DNA of 64,000 nucleotides from Vulcanimicrobiota bacterium (GTDB lineage Bacteria > Vulcanimicrobiota > Vulcanimicrobiia > Vulcanimicrobiales > Vulcanimicrobiaceae). The notes beneath the pieces were generated by a model. That model was not told where the DNA came from and did not search any database. It saw only the letters and a list, made by a program, of their open reading frames with translations. Both the position numbers and the translations under genes were made by a program. Where the stretch lies: assembly GCA_963733295.1 (NCBI GenBank), contig CAVTCS010000003.1:1728001-1792000 (forward strand), given 5' to 3'. Positions 37,056 to 46,978 of this stretch are shown in pieces (within the stretch, counting starts at the first letter, position 1; the number at the start of each line of letters is the position of its first letter).

Positions 37056-38422
37056 TGCGGAAATTTTCAGTACGCTTGAGTCCACGTAAGTGTTGAGTTT
37101 AGTGTGTTAAGCGACCTGGTCGACGATTTCGGCAGGTCGATTGATATACGATGCAACGGGTAGCTGGCCGGCTTTTGGTTTGCCGCGTACGAAGCGCTCA
37201 GGATGCGCGGTGTAGGCAGCGTCGAGAATGCCTTGCCGCCGCTCCAAGAGAGCGCCGGCGCGGCCGAAGTGAACGTCAGCTGGAGCGAGAAGCGCGAGCG
37301 CGCTGTGGCGATGTTGCGTGTTATACCATTCGACGAACGCGCGGCAGAACGCTCGTGCCTCTGCGATATTGGAAAACGTCGCGGGAAATTCCGGCTGGTA
37401 CTTGGCAGTTTTGAAGAACGATTCGATGTGCGGGTTGTCATCGGAAACATGCGGGCGGGAATGGCTCTTGGTTACACCGAGATCGGCGAGCAAGAACGCG
37501 ACTGGTTTCGAAGTCATCGAGCTACCGCGATCTGCATGTACGGTGAGCTTCTTGGGATCTACGCATTCTTTCTTGATCGTTTCGGAGAGCAACATGCGTG
37601 CCAACGCGGAGCTCTCACGATCGGCGACCATCCAGCCGACGACGTAGCGACTATAGATGTCGACGATGACGTAGAGGTAAAAATACGTCCACTTCTGCGG
37701 ACCATGCAATTTGGTGATATCCCAGGCAAAAACCTCGCGCGGCGCGGTTGCGCACAATTCCGGCTTCACGTGCGCAGGACGCGTGGCTTGATCGCGTCGC
37801 TCGCCGACTTCCCCGGAGCGGTGAAGAACCCGATACATCGTGGACAGCGAGCAATGATAGACGCCTTCGTCCAAGAGCGTTGCGTAAATATAGGGCACGC
37901 TGCGATCGATGAATCGATGCTGGTGAACCGCGTCCAAGACTGCTTCGTTCTCTCGGGTGTCCAGAGCTAACGATGATCCGCGCCGGGCGCGTTTCTCGCG
38001 TCGTTCAGTGCGCTCGACCAGCCGTTCTTGATAACGCCGCTGCTGTCGAGAAGAGCGCGGCACGAGTTGGTGACGTCGTCGAAAGCTCGCGCGGGAATGC
38101 CCCATCTGCTCGCACGCTTGGCGTTCGCCAACCTCAACGGCAAGATTCACTACGACTTGTTCCACGGCGGCAAGTCCATCTGATCCGCGCTCTCGCCGAC
38201 TACAGCACGCAAGAGCGCGTAGGCTTTTCCCTGGACAGCGATAATCCGTTCCGCTTTAGCTAAGCGTAGCTGCAGACGCTCGTTTTCTTTGCGCAGCCGC
38301 GTGTTCTCAACAGCGTTGGGATCGGGCTTACGACCGCGTTTCGCCTCCAGCGGCGCGCCACCAGCGAGCTGCTTTCGCCAACCAGCGATATGCGATGAAT
38401 AAATCCGTTCGCGGCGGCAAAG
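37056..38422 (-). mobile_element. IS3-family element, copy 2 (inverted, left end truncated)
   Basis: Same OrfB protein as copy 1; OrfA differs by one G/V change and is cut at about 38422. Confidence 0.92.
37107..38165 (-). CDS. IS3-family DDE transposase OrfB (copy 2)
   Basis: Translation identical to 34781-35839. Confidence 0.93.
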   Translation of the reverse strand: MEQVVVNLAVEVGERQACEQMGHSRASFRRRHQLVPRSSRQQRRYQERLVERTERREKRARRGSSLALDTRENEAVLDAVHQHRFIDRSVPYIYATLLDEGVYHCSLSTMYRVLHRSGEVGERRDQATRPAHVKPELCATAPREVFAWDITKLHGPQKWTYFYLYVIVDIYSRYVVGWMVADRESSALARMLLSETIKKECVDPKKLTVHADRGSSMTSKPVAFLLADLGVTKSHSRPHVSDDNPHIESFFKTAKYQPEFPATFSNIAEARAFCRAFVEWYNTQHRHSALALLAPADVHFGRAGALLERRQGILDAAYTAHPERFVRGKPKAGQLPVASYINRPAEIVDQVA

Positions 38423-38686
38423 GGTAGTGCGACCCATTTCTGGTACGATGAGTTAAGCTGGAGCAAGGGTGTCGTCGGTTTCTTGGAGCTGCTCGAATTC
38501 GGCCGGCGGCCGGTAACCGAGGGCTGAGTGCAAACGGCGGTCATTGTAGCGATGAATGAAGCGCACGATCGAACGCGAGGCTTCGTCGAAATCGGCGTAA
38601 TCGCGTAGATAGACTTCCTCGCTCTTGATCGTACGTATGAACCGTTCCATCTTCGGATTGTCCGACGGAGTCGCGGGTCGGCTCAC
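38423..38686 (-). pseudogene. 3' remnant of a different IS3-family element inserted into copy 2
   Basis: DNPKMERFIRTIKSEEVY...YNDRRLHSALGYRPPAEFE, stop at 38453, then an IR-like end abutting the OrfA truncation. Confidence 0.85.
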
Positions 38687-38798
38687 GCCCCGATTTTCTG
38701 AATTAACTGACCGTTCAGTTTCCGTCAGGTAAAACCGGAACAAACGTATCATATCTTTCGCCCGAAATAGACTCCGAGAATTGCAAGAAAATCGGGGC
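38687..38798. mobile_element. 112-bp MITE-like element or internally deleted IS
   Basis: Perfect 13-bp terminal inverted repeats GCCCCGATTTTCT (38687-38699 and 38786-38798); both flanks are truncated genes. Confidence 0.6.
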
Positions 38799-39229
38799 AC
38801 CATCTCCATCGCGCCCGCACGTGGTTTAGCGCGGCCAATAGCCGCTTGCCGGAGTACGCTCCCGTGCAGGGCCATCTGGCCGAAGTCGAGGCTGCCCTCG
38901 GAGAGCCCGACTCGGCAATCGCGCGGCTTGCGCCATTGACGATCTTCTCCGACGATCCCGATTACGCGGCTCAGCTCGCGCGCATTCTGAACGACATTGG
39001 CCGTGGGGCGGAGGCGCGCATATATCGCGACCAAGCGGCGGCGCGCTATGACGAACTGATCGCGCAGCATATCGAGGCTGTCGCCGATCATGCGGCCGAA
39101 TTCTGGCTGGACGTAGGTGGCGACCAACGTCGGGCGCAGTCGCTGGCTTTGCAGAATCTACGAATCCGCCAGACGCCGAGGGCCCGCGAACTCCTTGCGC
39201 GTGCGACTGGGCAGGAGAGCGAAAACTGA
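38799..39229 (+). pseudogene. C-terminal fragment of a TPR protein
   Basis: Frame is open from the mini-element edge: ARTWFSAANSRLPEYAPVQGHLAEVEAALG...HAAEFWL...ALQNLRIRQTPRA. Confidence 0.65.
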
Positions 39230-39247
39230 TTGATGTTCGGTGCTCCT

Positions 39248-39625
39248 CTACGTCCGCTCAGCTTCGCCGGCTAGAGTTTTGCGCTGGTGGATCACGAGTT
39301 GGTTTCCCTCGGAATCCTCACCGATTGCCATGAAACACATGGGGTTATCCATGGGGTCGCCGATCGTTACGCCGCGGGAGCGCAGCTCGGCGACCGCCTC
39401 GCGCGCGTCCGCGACGGCGAACATGATTCCGTTTCCGCGCTCCCAAGGCCAGTTCGTCTCGGCGGGGTTCCAGAGCTCGAACGCCGAGCCGTCGGGGAGT
39501 TCGAACTCGGCTGCGTTCTCACCGATCGTCGCCAGCGGCAATTGCAGCACGTCGCGGTAAAACGCGATCGCACGCGCGAGATCTTTGACCATATACGTGT
39601 GAACGTCGATACCTGTTATGTTCAT
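39248..39625 (-). CDS. VOC/glyoxalase-family protein
   Basis: VKDLARAIAFYRDVL, FAVAD, DSEGNQLVIH. ATG at 39625. Confidence 0.9.
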   Translation of the reverse strand: MNITGIDVHTYMVKDLARAIAFYRDVLQLPLATIGENAAEFELPDGSAFELWNPAETNWPWERGNGIMFAVADAREAVAELRSRGVTIGDPMDNPMCFMAIGEDSEGNQLVIHQRKTLAGEAERT

Positions 39626-39884
39626 GAGGCGTGAATTCAACGACCGCTTTGCAAATTCGTCTAGCCAAGACTTCGTTTCGGCCGTGCGGGCTTTGGATCT
39701 CAATCCCTCCCATTTCTTCAACCGGAGCCAAGCCGTCTGATCCAGCGATGGGAATATCGGATTTGACGAGCAAGACAACGCCTCAGCCGACCGTAACAGA
39801 CACGAGGCTATTGCACTTCGCTAACAGAGTGAATGCCTCGATGTAAGTGCCTCAATTCCCGGTCTTCGAGAGCCCGACGTTCAT

Positions 39885-41996
39885 TTAGGGTGCCGCAGGT
39901 TTCAACAGCCCGATGCCGGTATTGAGGACGACTTTCGCACCATCTGCTGAAGCATGCCACGTGCTGGGCTCTGAAGGCTGCGTCCGCGTGAGCGCATCGA
40001 CAAAGCGCCACGCACCTCGATCGAAGCGGAGGACTCCGCTCGAGCCGCACGGCGCATCGAAGCTGTAGTGTAGTGGGGTGTGCGCTGCAACGTAACGCCG
40101 ATCGAGCAGCTTACCGGAGGGCAGCGTGAACGCCGAAACGGTGCCTTCCTCCAGTGCGACGTCGGAGGAGCGAACCGCGACCTCGCTAGAACATGTCGTC
40201 GGTTTGCTCCAGGGTGAGAGGATCTCGAACGTAGCGCTCCTGATTCGACGGGTCGGCTCGGGTTGATTGATGCCCGTATACAAGCGCACGTTAGGTGCCC
40301 CCGGCGGCAGATCCTCACGAGGGAACGTGTCGAGCACCGAGATCGATTGAGTGGCCGGGTCGTACCCAAGCGCGACGACGCGCTCGAGTGGAAACTCGAT
40401 GCGGTCGCGCAGTTCGAACCACTTGACGCTGAGGGTCTTACCCGAAACGGCCCAATCCAATGTCTCTCCTGAATTGTCGGGATAGATCCATAAATCAGAA
40501 GGATCGTTTGTGACGGGCAGATCCGAGGGCGGGGGGTCCAAGAAGAGGCCTAGTGCTGAACGGTACGCCCAGGATGGCTCGAAGAGCGAGCCGTCGATTC
40601 CGGCGGGAAAGTCGTGCAGCACGACGAGCGTGCCCTTCTGCCAAACGCCGCTCTTTTGCACAGTTGCGCGAAATACGTCCTTTTTCTGCTTCCACGCAGC
40701 CTCGTACTGATGGCCGGTCTGAACGAGACGAATGACGCCGAGGGCAACCGCGAAAGCGCAAATGGCTCCCACCGTAAGAAGATTGAGCACCGGACCGATC
40801 CGCGCGACTTTGGTCCAACCACGCTCTAAACGTCGCAGCAGCGCGTAGATCGGCACCAAGGCGACGATCACGAGCAGGAAGCTCGAACCTAACGCCGCGA
40901 TCGCGGTGTACCGTGAAAGGATCGTTTGCGGCGGGGTGCGCTCCACGGTGTAGTGCGCGCCGTTGACGAGATATGGCAACAGGCCGGCGAACGTGATCAG
41001 CAAAGCCCACAGAGCAAGCCACAGCCAACGGCGCGGATTCATAAACTGTGCGACTTCCGCCGGCGCGCTCACATCGCGGTTCGCCACCCAGAGAATCAGC
41101 GCGACGGCTATTCCGAAGCCGGCGGCCGTGATCGGTAGCCCCACGTTTTCGGAGCCGGTTTGCAGTGCTTCGTGAAGCCGCAAGAAACCAAGGCTGACCG
41201 TCTCGACCGTGATCGACTTCAGGCTCGCCGCGAACAATCCGAGCATCGATAGTGGCGAAACCAGCTCCACAGGCCTAACGTCGACGGCTGTCCCGTGAAA
41301 CCGTCCGAAGGCCCACTGAAATTTCGCAAAGGCGAAATGCCAAACAAGATAAGCCCCCAAGGCAAACTCCCAGAGCGCCGTAGGGACGATCCAGGAACGG
41401 CTCCAGGGCTTGCGCCCGCGAACGAGCGTCAAGAACGGAAGCAACGCGAGAAGCGGCACTGCGCTCTCCACTCGCAAAAGATCAACGGCGAGCGGGATAA
41501 AGGCGAAGGCGACGATCCATGGCCGTTGATACTGAATGGCCAACGCCCAGAGAATCGCCGCAGCGAGTATCTCAATGGTGACGAAGCGCGTGCCGATCGA
41601 AGCTGTCGCAAAGAACCTCGAGACATCCGATGGATAGATGACGAAGATCGCGGCGGCGGCGGCGGCGAGAAAGCGACCACTCTGGGGGAGCGCCTTCGAG
41701 AGAAGTATTCGCCCCAGTTCGTATAGCAGAATCGCCGCGACGCCATGTGCCAATATGTTGAAGAAAAGCAGCCACGCCATATTGTTGTGCGCGAACGCAT
41801 ACGCCAGGGCCATCGGCAGATAGCCGAGAGGTCGCGAACCATCCGCGCCGTACCAGCGGCCCTCCGCAATGGCCCGCCAGACGTACCAATCGTCCAAGAC
41901 GAGGCCGACCTTTCCCGCGGCGCTCCCCATCGCAACCAATGGAATTGCTATCAGGGCGCCCCAGGTAATCAAGCGCGAAGCGTTGACGAATGTCAT
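39885..41996 (-). CDS. Large polytopic membrane protein, GT-C/GtrII-like glycosyltransferase candidate
   Basis: N-terminal TM, then DDW...RPLG; about 10-11 TM segments and a soluble C-terminal domain. Confidence 0.55.
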   Translation of the reverse strand: MTFVNASRLITWGALIAIPLVAMGSAAGKVGLVLDDWYVWRAIAEGRWYGADGSRPLGYLPMALAYAFAHNNMAWLLFFNILAHGVAAILLYELGRILLSKALPQSGRFLAAAAAAIFVIYPSDVSRFFATASIGTRFVTIEILAAAILWALAIQYQRPWIVAFAFIPLAVDLLRVESAVPLLALLPFLTLVRGRKPWSRSWIVPTALWEFALGAYLVWHFAFAKFQWAFGRFHGTAVDVRPVELVSPLSMLGLFAASLKSITVETVSLGFLRLHEALQTGSENVGLPITAAGFGIAVALILWVANRDVSAPAEVAQFMNPRRWLWLALWALLITFAGLLPYLVNGAHYTVERTPPQTILSRYTAIAALGSSFLLVIVALVPIYALLRRLERGWTKVARIGPVLNLLTVGAICAFAVALGVIRLVQTGHQYEAAWKQKKDVFRATVQKSGVWQKGTLVVLHDFPAGIDGSLFEPSWAYRSALGLFLDPPPSDLPVTNDPSDLWIYPDNSGETLDWAVSGKTLSVKWFELRDRIEFPLERVVALGYDPATQSISVLDTFPREDLPPGAPNVRLYTGINQPEPTRRIRSATFEILSPWSKPTTCSSEVAVRSSDVALEEGTVSAFTLPSGKLLDRRYVAAHTPLHYSFDAPCGSSGVLRFDRGAWRFVDALTRTQPSEPSTWHASADGAKVVLNTGIGLLKPAAP

Positions 41997-42255
41997 TCCC
42001 CACGCACTTTACGGGGTCTTCATCCAACCTCTTTTATGGGACCATTGCGTAGACAGCGCTCTCACGAATTAGGTCATTACCCGATCGTTTGCGGCTCTAT
42101 CATCGACCCGATGAGTCCGACCGATTTCCTCTGCCCGGCTGCTGGGGGAGCGCGGCGCAGAGCCACTCGACACGTCCGAGCTCACCCGATCGCTCAAGCC
42201 GGACTCGCTTTACGAGAAATCTGTGCTCGAAGCCGCCGCTTGAACTCGATCCCAT

Positions 42256-43253
42256 GCGACGCTTCTCACTTAACAACGCCCCGCAAGCATCGGGAGTAAT
42301 CGGCCTCGATCGTTTCGAAGCGCTGCCTTATGGTAGCGATTCTCGGAGCTGGGGGTCCCATTGGGACCGCGCTCGCCGATTTGCTTGTGGCGAACGGCAC
42401 GCCGCTTCGCCTAGTCGCGCGACATCCAAAGGCCATGGCCGGCGCTGAAATCGCCGCTGCCGATCTTGCCGATCCGGAGCAAACGCTTGCGGCGGTGAAG
42501 GGCGCCGACGTTGCCTGCCTGCTGGTGGGACTCAAGTACGATTTCGCGACTTGGCGAGAGCTTTGGCCGCGCATCATGCGCAACGCAATCGACGCATGCA
42601 AGCGCACCGGGACCAAAATGCTCTTTTTTGACAACGTCTACATGTACGGGCACGTGGATAAACCGATGACCGAGGCGACGCCCTACCGTCCATGCAGCAA
42701 GAAGGGCGAGATTCGCGCGCGCATCGCCAACGAACTCATGGACGCGGTAAACGCGGGAGATCTCACCGCAATGATCGCACGCTCGGCCGATTTCTACGGA
42801 CCACGCACGAAGAGCGGGGTTCCAAACGTACTGGTATTCGAACCGTTCGCAAAACACGGCACGGCCTCGTGGCTCGTGAACGCGCACGTCCCGCATTCGT
42901 TCACTTTTACGTCCGACGCCGCCAAGGGTGTCGCGATGCTGATCGAAAGCGCGTCGGCGTGGAATCAAATTTGGCACCTTCCGACCACACCGGACCCGCC
43001 GACCGGCAAAGCTTTCATCCAGATCGCGGCCGCGGCGTTCGGCGTGCCCGCGAAGTATCGCGTGCTCGGCAAACCGATGCTGCGAGTCGTGGGCCTGTTC
43101 GACCCGATCGTGCGCGAGTCGCTGGAAATGCTGTACCAAAACTCAGGACCGTATCTCTTCGATTCGACAAAGTTCGCGACGAAATTCGGCTTCGTCGGGA
43201 CTCCCTACGCCGAGGGAATCGCCCTTACAGCGAACTCCTACCTTAAGTAGAGC
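42256..43253 (+). repeat. Direct repeat copy 1 (about 1 kb): whole epimerase gene plus 74-bp leader
   Basis: Matches 51684-52681, with about 10 substitutions counted by eye. Confidence 0.95.
42330..43250 (+). CDS. NAD-dependent epimerase/dehydratase (atypical SDR), copy 1
   Basis: ILGAGGPIG Rossmann motif, DNVYMYG, RSADFYGP. Confidence 0.9.
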   Translation: MVAILGAGGPIGTALADLLVANGTPLRLVARHPKAMAGAEIAAADLADPEQTLAAVKGADVACLLVGLKYDFATWRELWPRIMRNAIDACKRTGTKMLFFDNVYMYGHVDKPMTEATPYRPCSKKGEIRARIANELMDAVNAGDLTAMIARSADFYGPRTKSGVPNVLVFEPFAKHGTASWLVNAHVPHSFTFTSDAAKGVAMLIESASAWNQIWHLPTTPDPPTGKAFIQIAAAAFGVPAKYRVLGKPMLRVVGLFDPIVRESLEMLYQNSGPYLFDSTKFATKFGFVGTPYAEGIALTANSYLK

Positions 43254-43289
43254 TGCGCGGTCAGCCGCAGGATACGATTATCACATCCT

Positions 43290-44114
43290 CTACTTCCCAA
43301 ACGCGACAAGCAACAGCCGGACGGCGACAAAAATGAGCGCGATCGCGAGAACGCGCAAGATCGTTTTGCCGGAGGCGTACGCCGAGGCGCGCGCACCGAG
43401 CGGCGCCCCCGCGATCGCACCGGCGCTGCACGCGAGCACGAGAGTCCAGTCGCTGCGATAGTCGCCGTGGATGACGTGCACGAGCGTCCCAACGATCGCG
43501 GTGACGGCGAGCACGGCATGCGAGGTCGCGGTGGCGATGTGCTCGGGAAAGTGCAACAGCGTCACGAGCAGCGGTACGTGGATGATGCCGCCGCCGAGGC
43601 CGAGCAGGCTCGAAAAAAACCCGACGACGACGCTGCCGACAACGCCGATCGCGGGCTCGAAGGACCAATCGTAACGGTTTCCTGCGGTATCGAGCATATG
43701 CCGCGAGGCCCGGCCGGGCGGCGCCGCGCTCGTAACGCGCCGCGTCGGCCGCACGAAGAGCCAGAGCGCGACGAGCAGCAGTACCACGCCGAACATCGGA
43801 TCGAAGAGGCGGCGCGGCACCCAGGCGCTAACGTACGCGCCGGCAATCGCTCCCGGCGTCGTCGCAGCGGCGAACAGCACGAAGCTGCGCAGATCGACGC
43901 GCTTTTGCCGCGAATAACTGGCGGCGCCCGTCGTCGCGTTCGCGGCGACGACCGCGAGCGAGAACGCCGTGACCACCTCGGTCGACCAGTACGGCTCCAA
44001 GAAGACCAGGATCGGCACGAGGATGAAGCCACCGCCGGCGCCGATCAGCGTGCCGATGAACCCAAGAGCGACCCCGCCGAGCGCGGCGATGAGCTCGGGC
44101 AGCAGCTGCGGCAT
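43290..44114 (-). CDS. TauE/SafE-family exporter (second paralogue)
   Basis: GAGGGFILVP, GLGGGIIHVP and ATATSH motifs. ATG at 44114. Confidence 0.9.
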   Translation of the reverse strand: MPQLLPELIAALGGVALGFIGTLIGAGGGFILVPILVFLEPYWSTEVVTAFSLAVVAANATTGAASYSRQKRVDLRSFVLFAAATTPGAIAGAYVSAWVPRRLFDPMFGVVLLLVALWLFVRPTRRVTSAAPPGRASRHMLDTAGNRYDWSFEPAIGVVGSVVVGFFSSLLGLGGGIIHVPLLVTLLHFPEHIATATSHAVLAVTAIVGTLVHVIHGDYRSDWTLVLACSAGAIAGAPLGARASAYASGKTILRVLAIALIFVAVRLLLVAFGK

Positions 44115-44284
44115 GTCGGTCGCAACCTTAGCCAAGCGGACGGAACACTCCGGCCGAGAGTGAGCCGCCGCTGGAAGACGAGGGGTCAGCGACCGTGCAT
44201 AGCTATGACAGGCGCTCAAAGACAACTGAATTTGCGCCCGAGCCTGGAGGTGCGCTGCGACGGCGCGACCAAACGTTCAACGCG

Positions 44285-45355
44285 CTACGCTGAAAAGATT
44301 TTGCGGCGGAACCACATGAGAAGTGGGATCGTTATCCCGCAGATCGCGCCAATCATTACGACGAGGAGCACGGTGGTGCTGACCGAGCCATTTCCGCCGC
44401 AAAATGCGGCCACGTTGGCGATGGTCGCGAACCAGAAACGACGCAATGGATTCGATTGCTCACCCGCGAAATTGTGCGCGATCGCAACGACGTCATCCGG
44501 GTTCCAGTCCGCGGTCTGGACAACCTCGCGTACGGTACCTTGGCCATCGATCACGATAAGTCGAACGTCGTGGATGTAGTTGGTCGCGCCGTCGGCAATC
44601 GACGAGACGCCGAAGCTGTCGATGACGTCTTTGACCTGCGCCGACTCACCGGTTGCGATCGACCACATGCGCGGGTCGGCGTCGAACTGCCGCCCGTAGG
44701 CCGCGAGAACCGCTGGTGAGTCGTACGTCGGATCGAGCGTTACCTCGACAAGATGGAAGCGGCGCGAGTCGAGGTGGCGCTGCAAGTAGAAGAACTTCCC
44801 ACTGATCGCCGGGCAGACGGTACGATCGGGGCAGCGGCTGAACACGAAGCTGAGGATTGTGACCTTGCCCGCCACCTGGTCGAGGCGCAGCAGACGCCCG
44901 CGCTGATCGACGAGCGCGTAAGGCGGTGCTGGATCGCCCGCCCCGAGGGTGTGCTTGACGAACGGGTTCAGCGTGCCGGCCACGAAACGTCCTGCCGGCA
45001 CGGGCGCGCCGTGCAGCACGAGCCCGTCGCCCCGTTGCTCGACCAGCGCGTCGACTTCGGTTCCGGCCGGGGGCACGCCGCTCGCGGCGATCTCCAGGGC
45101 ATAGATGCCGCCGTGCAGCATGCCGACCACGGGATCCAAGCGCATCAGAACGCGCCCGTTATGCGCCGGCGCCAGCACGAACCCGTGCACGGGGAGCAGA
45201 CCATCGGCACTGGCCGCAGCACACGACATCAACCCGAATCCGAGGATCGCGGTCACTCGAACGAACGCGCAGGGTCCGAGGGTTCGCTGCAAGGCCCGAA
45301 GCAAGCGTCCGAAAACCTTGCCAAGGATCGTCGCGGCGGCGTGAACGCGTTTCAT
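44285..45355 (-). CDS. SCO-family protein with N-terminal CusF-like segment (start uncertain)
   Basis: LVDQRG, FSRCPDRTVCP, TLDPTYDSP, YIH motif; C-terminal TM segment. Confidence 0.8.
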   Translation of the reverse strand: MKRVHAAATILGKVFGRLLRALQRTLGPCAFVRVTAILGFGLMSCAAASADGLLPVHGFVLAPAHNGRVLMRLDPVVGMLHGGIYALEIAASGVPPAGTEVDALVEQRGDGLVLHGAPVPAGRFVAGTLNPFVKHTLGAGDPAPPYALVDQRGRLLRLDQVAGKVTILSFVFSRCPDRTVCPAISGKFFYLQRHLDSRRFHLVEVTLDPTYDSPAVLAAYGRQFDADPRMWSIATGESAQVKDVIDSFGVSSIADGATNYIHDVRLIVIDGQGTVREVVQTADWNPDDVVAIAHNFAGEQSNPLRRFWFATIANVAAFCGGNGSVSTTVLLVVMIGAICGITIPLLMWFRRKIFSA

Positions 45356-45374
45356 GAACCTGCCGTGGCGCGCT

Positions 45375-46043
45375 TCATGGAAGCAGCGCTCGCATATCGT
45401 GCGCCAAGACGGCCGGTGAGTCACTCCAGTCGTGAATGACGCGCAATTGCCCATTTTCATCGAGCATGTAGATGGCTGAACTGTGCGCCATCTGGTAACC
45501 GGCGGAGCTGCCGTGATTCGGCAGTTTCTGGTGCCAGACGTGATAGGCCGTGTAGAACGAGTCGAGGGCAGCTTCGGATCCTGTCAGCCCGTAGAAATGC
45601 GGATCGAATCGGTCGACGTATCGCTTAAGAGCCGAGACCGTGTCGCGTTGGGGATCTATGGTGACGAACGCAACCGTAACTTTTCGCGCCTCCCTCCCAA
45701 GGAGCCGGTCGGCTCGTACCAGTTTAGCCAACGTGATTGGACAAACGTCGGTGCAGTGCGCATAGCCGAAAAACAGGACAACTTCGCTGCCTCGTTCGTC
45801 GGTAAGATGAAACGATCGACCCTCTTGGTCTATCAAAGCGACCTGGGGCTCGGACGCACTGGTTCGAATCCCGTTTCCGTCCAGTTGCAGAGTCTGCGAA
45901 TTTGCCGCAAACCTGCTCCAGAGGGCACTTCCGAGAATTGCGCAGGCAAAGATGGTGGTAGTAAGTGCGACAACGAGCGGGATCCGACTTCTCAACCTAT
46001 CCGAATATCCCCCAGCTAGCCGAGTTCTTCGGCTCAAGTTCAT
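45375..46043 (-). CDS. SCO1/SenC copper chaperone
   Basis: FFGYAHCTDVCP, TIDPQRDT, GLTG, HSSAIY motifs. Confidence 0.92.
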   Translation of the reverse strand: MNLSRRTRLAGGYSDRLRSRIPLVVALTTTIFACAILGSALWSRFAANSQTLQLDGNGIRTSASEPQVALIDQEGRSFHLTDERGSEVVLFFGYAHCTDVCPITLAKLVRADRLLGREARKVTVAFVTIDPQRDTVSALKRYVDRFDPHFYGLTGSEAALDSFYTAYHVWHQKLPNHGSSAGYQMAHSSAIYMLDENGQLRVIHDWSDSPAVLAHDMRALLP

Positions 46044-46164
46044 TGGTGTCCGCCTTAGCGATCGCTCCGAGCATAGGAGAGGGTTGCCTGAAACGAAGGC
46101 CTAGCAGCCGGGGGCCGACCGACGTGGTCCATGATGCGGATACTATGATACTCTCGACGAAGAA

Positions 46165-46947
46165 GTGGCGATGAGTCGCGATTCCAACACTTCGCGTCCT
46201 GCATCGGACGGCGCGTCGGTCTTGCAATGCGTTAACGTCGATATTTGGACGGCAGAAGGCCCGACCGTCCGCGCATTCTTTGTGCCGCTCCCCACTCGGA
46301 TGATCATCGTCAAGCTCGGCGACGGATCGCTATGGATAAACTCGCCCGTTGCTGTATCGCGCGAAACGCTTGAGGAGATCGTTGAGCTGGGACCGGTTCA
46401 GTACCTCGTGGCACCTACAATGCTTCACCTTTGGAGGCTAGCGCAATGGCACACGCTATTCCCCCAAGCGCAGCTCTGGGGGCCTCCGAAGATGCCGCGT
46501 GGATTCGCGAGCGCCGCCTTCGCCCGTATCGCACAGATTCCACGCGGGCTTGCGCGCGTCGCCTCAGCGGGCAGTCTACAGGACACTCCGCCGGCAGCGT
46601 GGGCAGGAGACGTGGAACAGCTCGTGTTCAGGGGGAGCTGCCTTATTGAAGAGGCAGAGTTTCTGCACAAGAAGTCACGCACGCTTATTTTAACTGATTT
46701 CATTCAAAACTATAGGGCTAAGGACGGCGACTTCGTGAGCAATCTCGTCAAAAGAGCTGGAGGTGTCTTGAACGGCGGAGTGCCGCGGGACGTGCGCTGG
46801 TCATTCACCAATAGGCTGCTCGCGCGAGCGTCGCTCGAGAAGATGCTTTCATGGGATTTCAATAAGGTGATCGTTGCGCATGGACTTTGCGTCGATCGCG
46901 ACGCAAAGGCATTCGTCGAAGATGCCTTTCGTTGGTTGAAGAGCTAA
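46165..46947 (+). CDS. DUF4336-like metallo-beta-lactamase-fold protein
   Basis: TRMIIVKLGDGSLWINSP, VAPT..H, FLHKKSRTLILTD, IVAHG. Confidence 0.8.
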   Translation: MAMSRDSNTSRPASDGASVLQCVNVDIWTAEGPTVRAFFVPLPTRMIIVKLGDGSLWINSPVAVSRETLEEIVELGPVQYLVAPTMLHLWRLAQWHTLFPQAQLWGPPKMPRGFASAAFARIAQIPRGLARVASAGSLQDTPPAAWAGDVEQLVFRGSCLIEEAEFLHKKSRTLILTDFIQNYRAKDGDFVSNLVKRAGGVLNGGVPRDVRWSFTNRLLARASLEKMLSWDFNKVIVAHGLCVDRDAKAFVEDAFRWLKS

Positions 46948-46978
46948 CGAAGCGAGCCCTATTGCCGAGCCGCTGCTG

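Noticed and set aside
38453..39127. 224-aa ORF that looks like a novel integrase fusion
   Set aside because: Chance read-through across a TPR antisense strand, the mini-element and an IS3 remnant.
42268..42330. ACTTAAC (RYYYAAC) at the start of the duplicated unit, suggesting an integron cassette
   Set aside because: No matching GTTRRRY or attC hairpin, and the repeat boundary is not at the expected crossover point.
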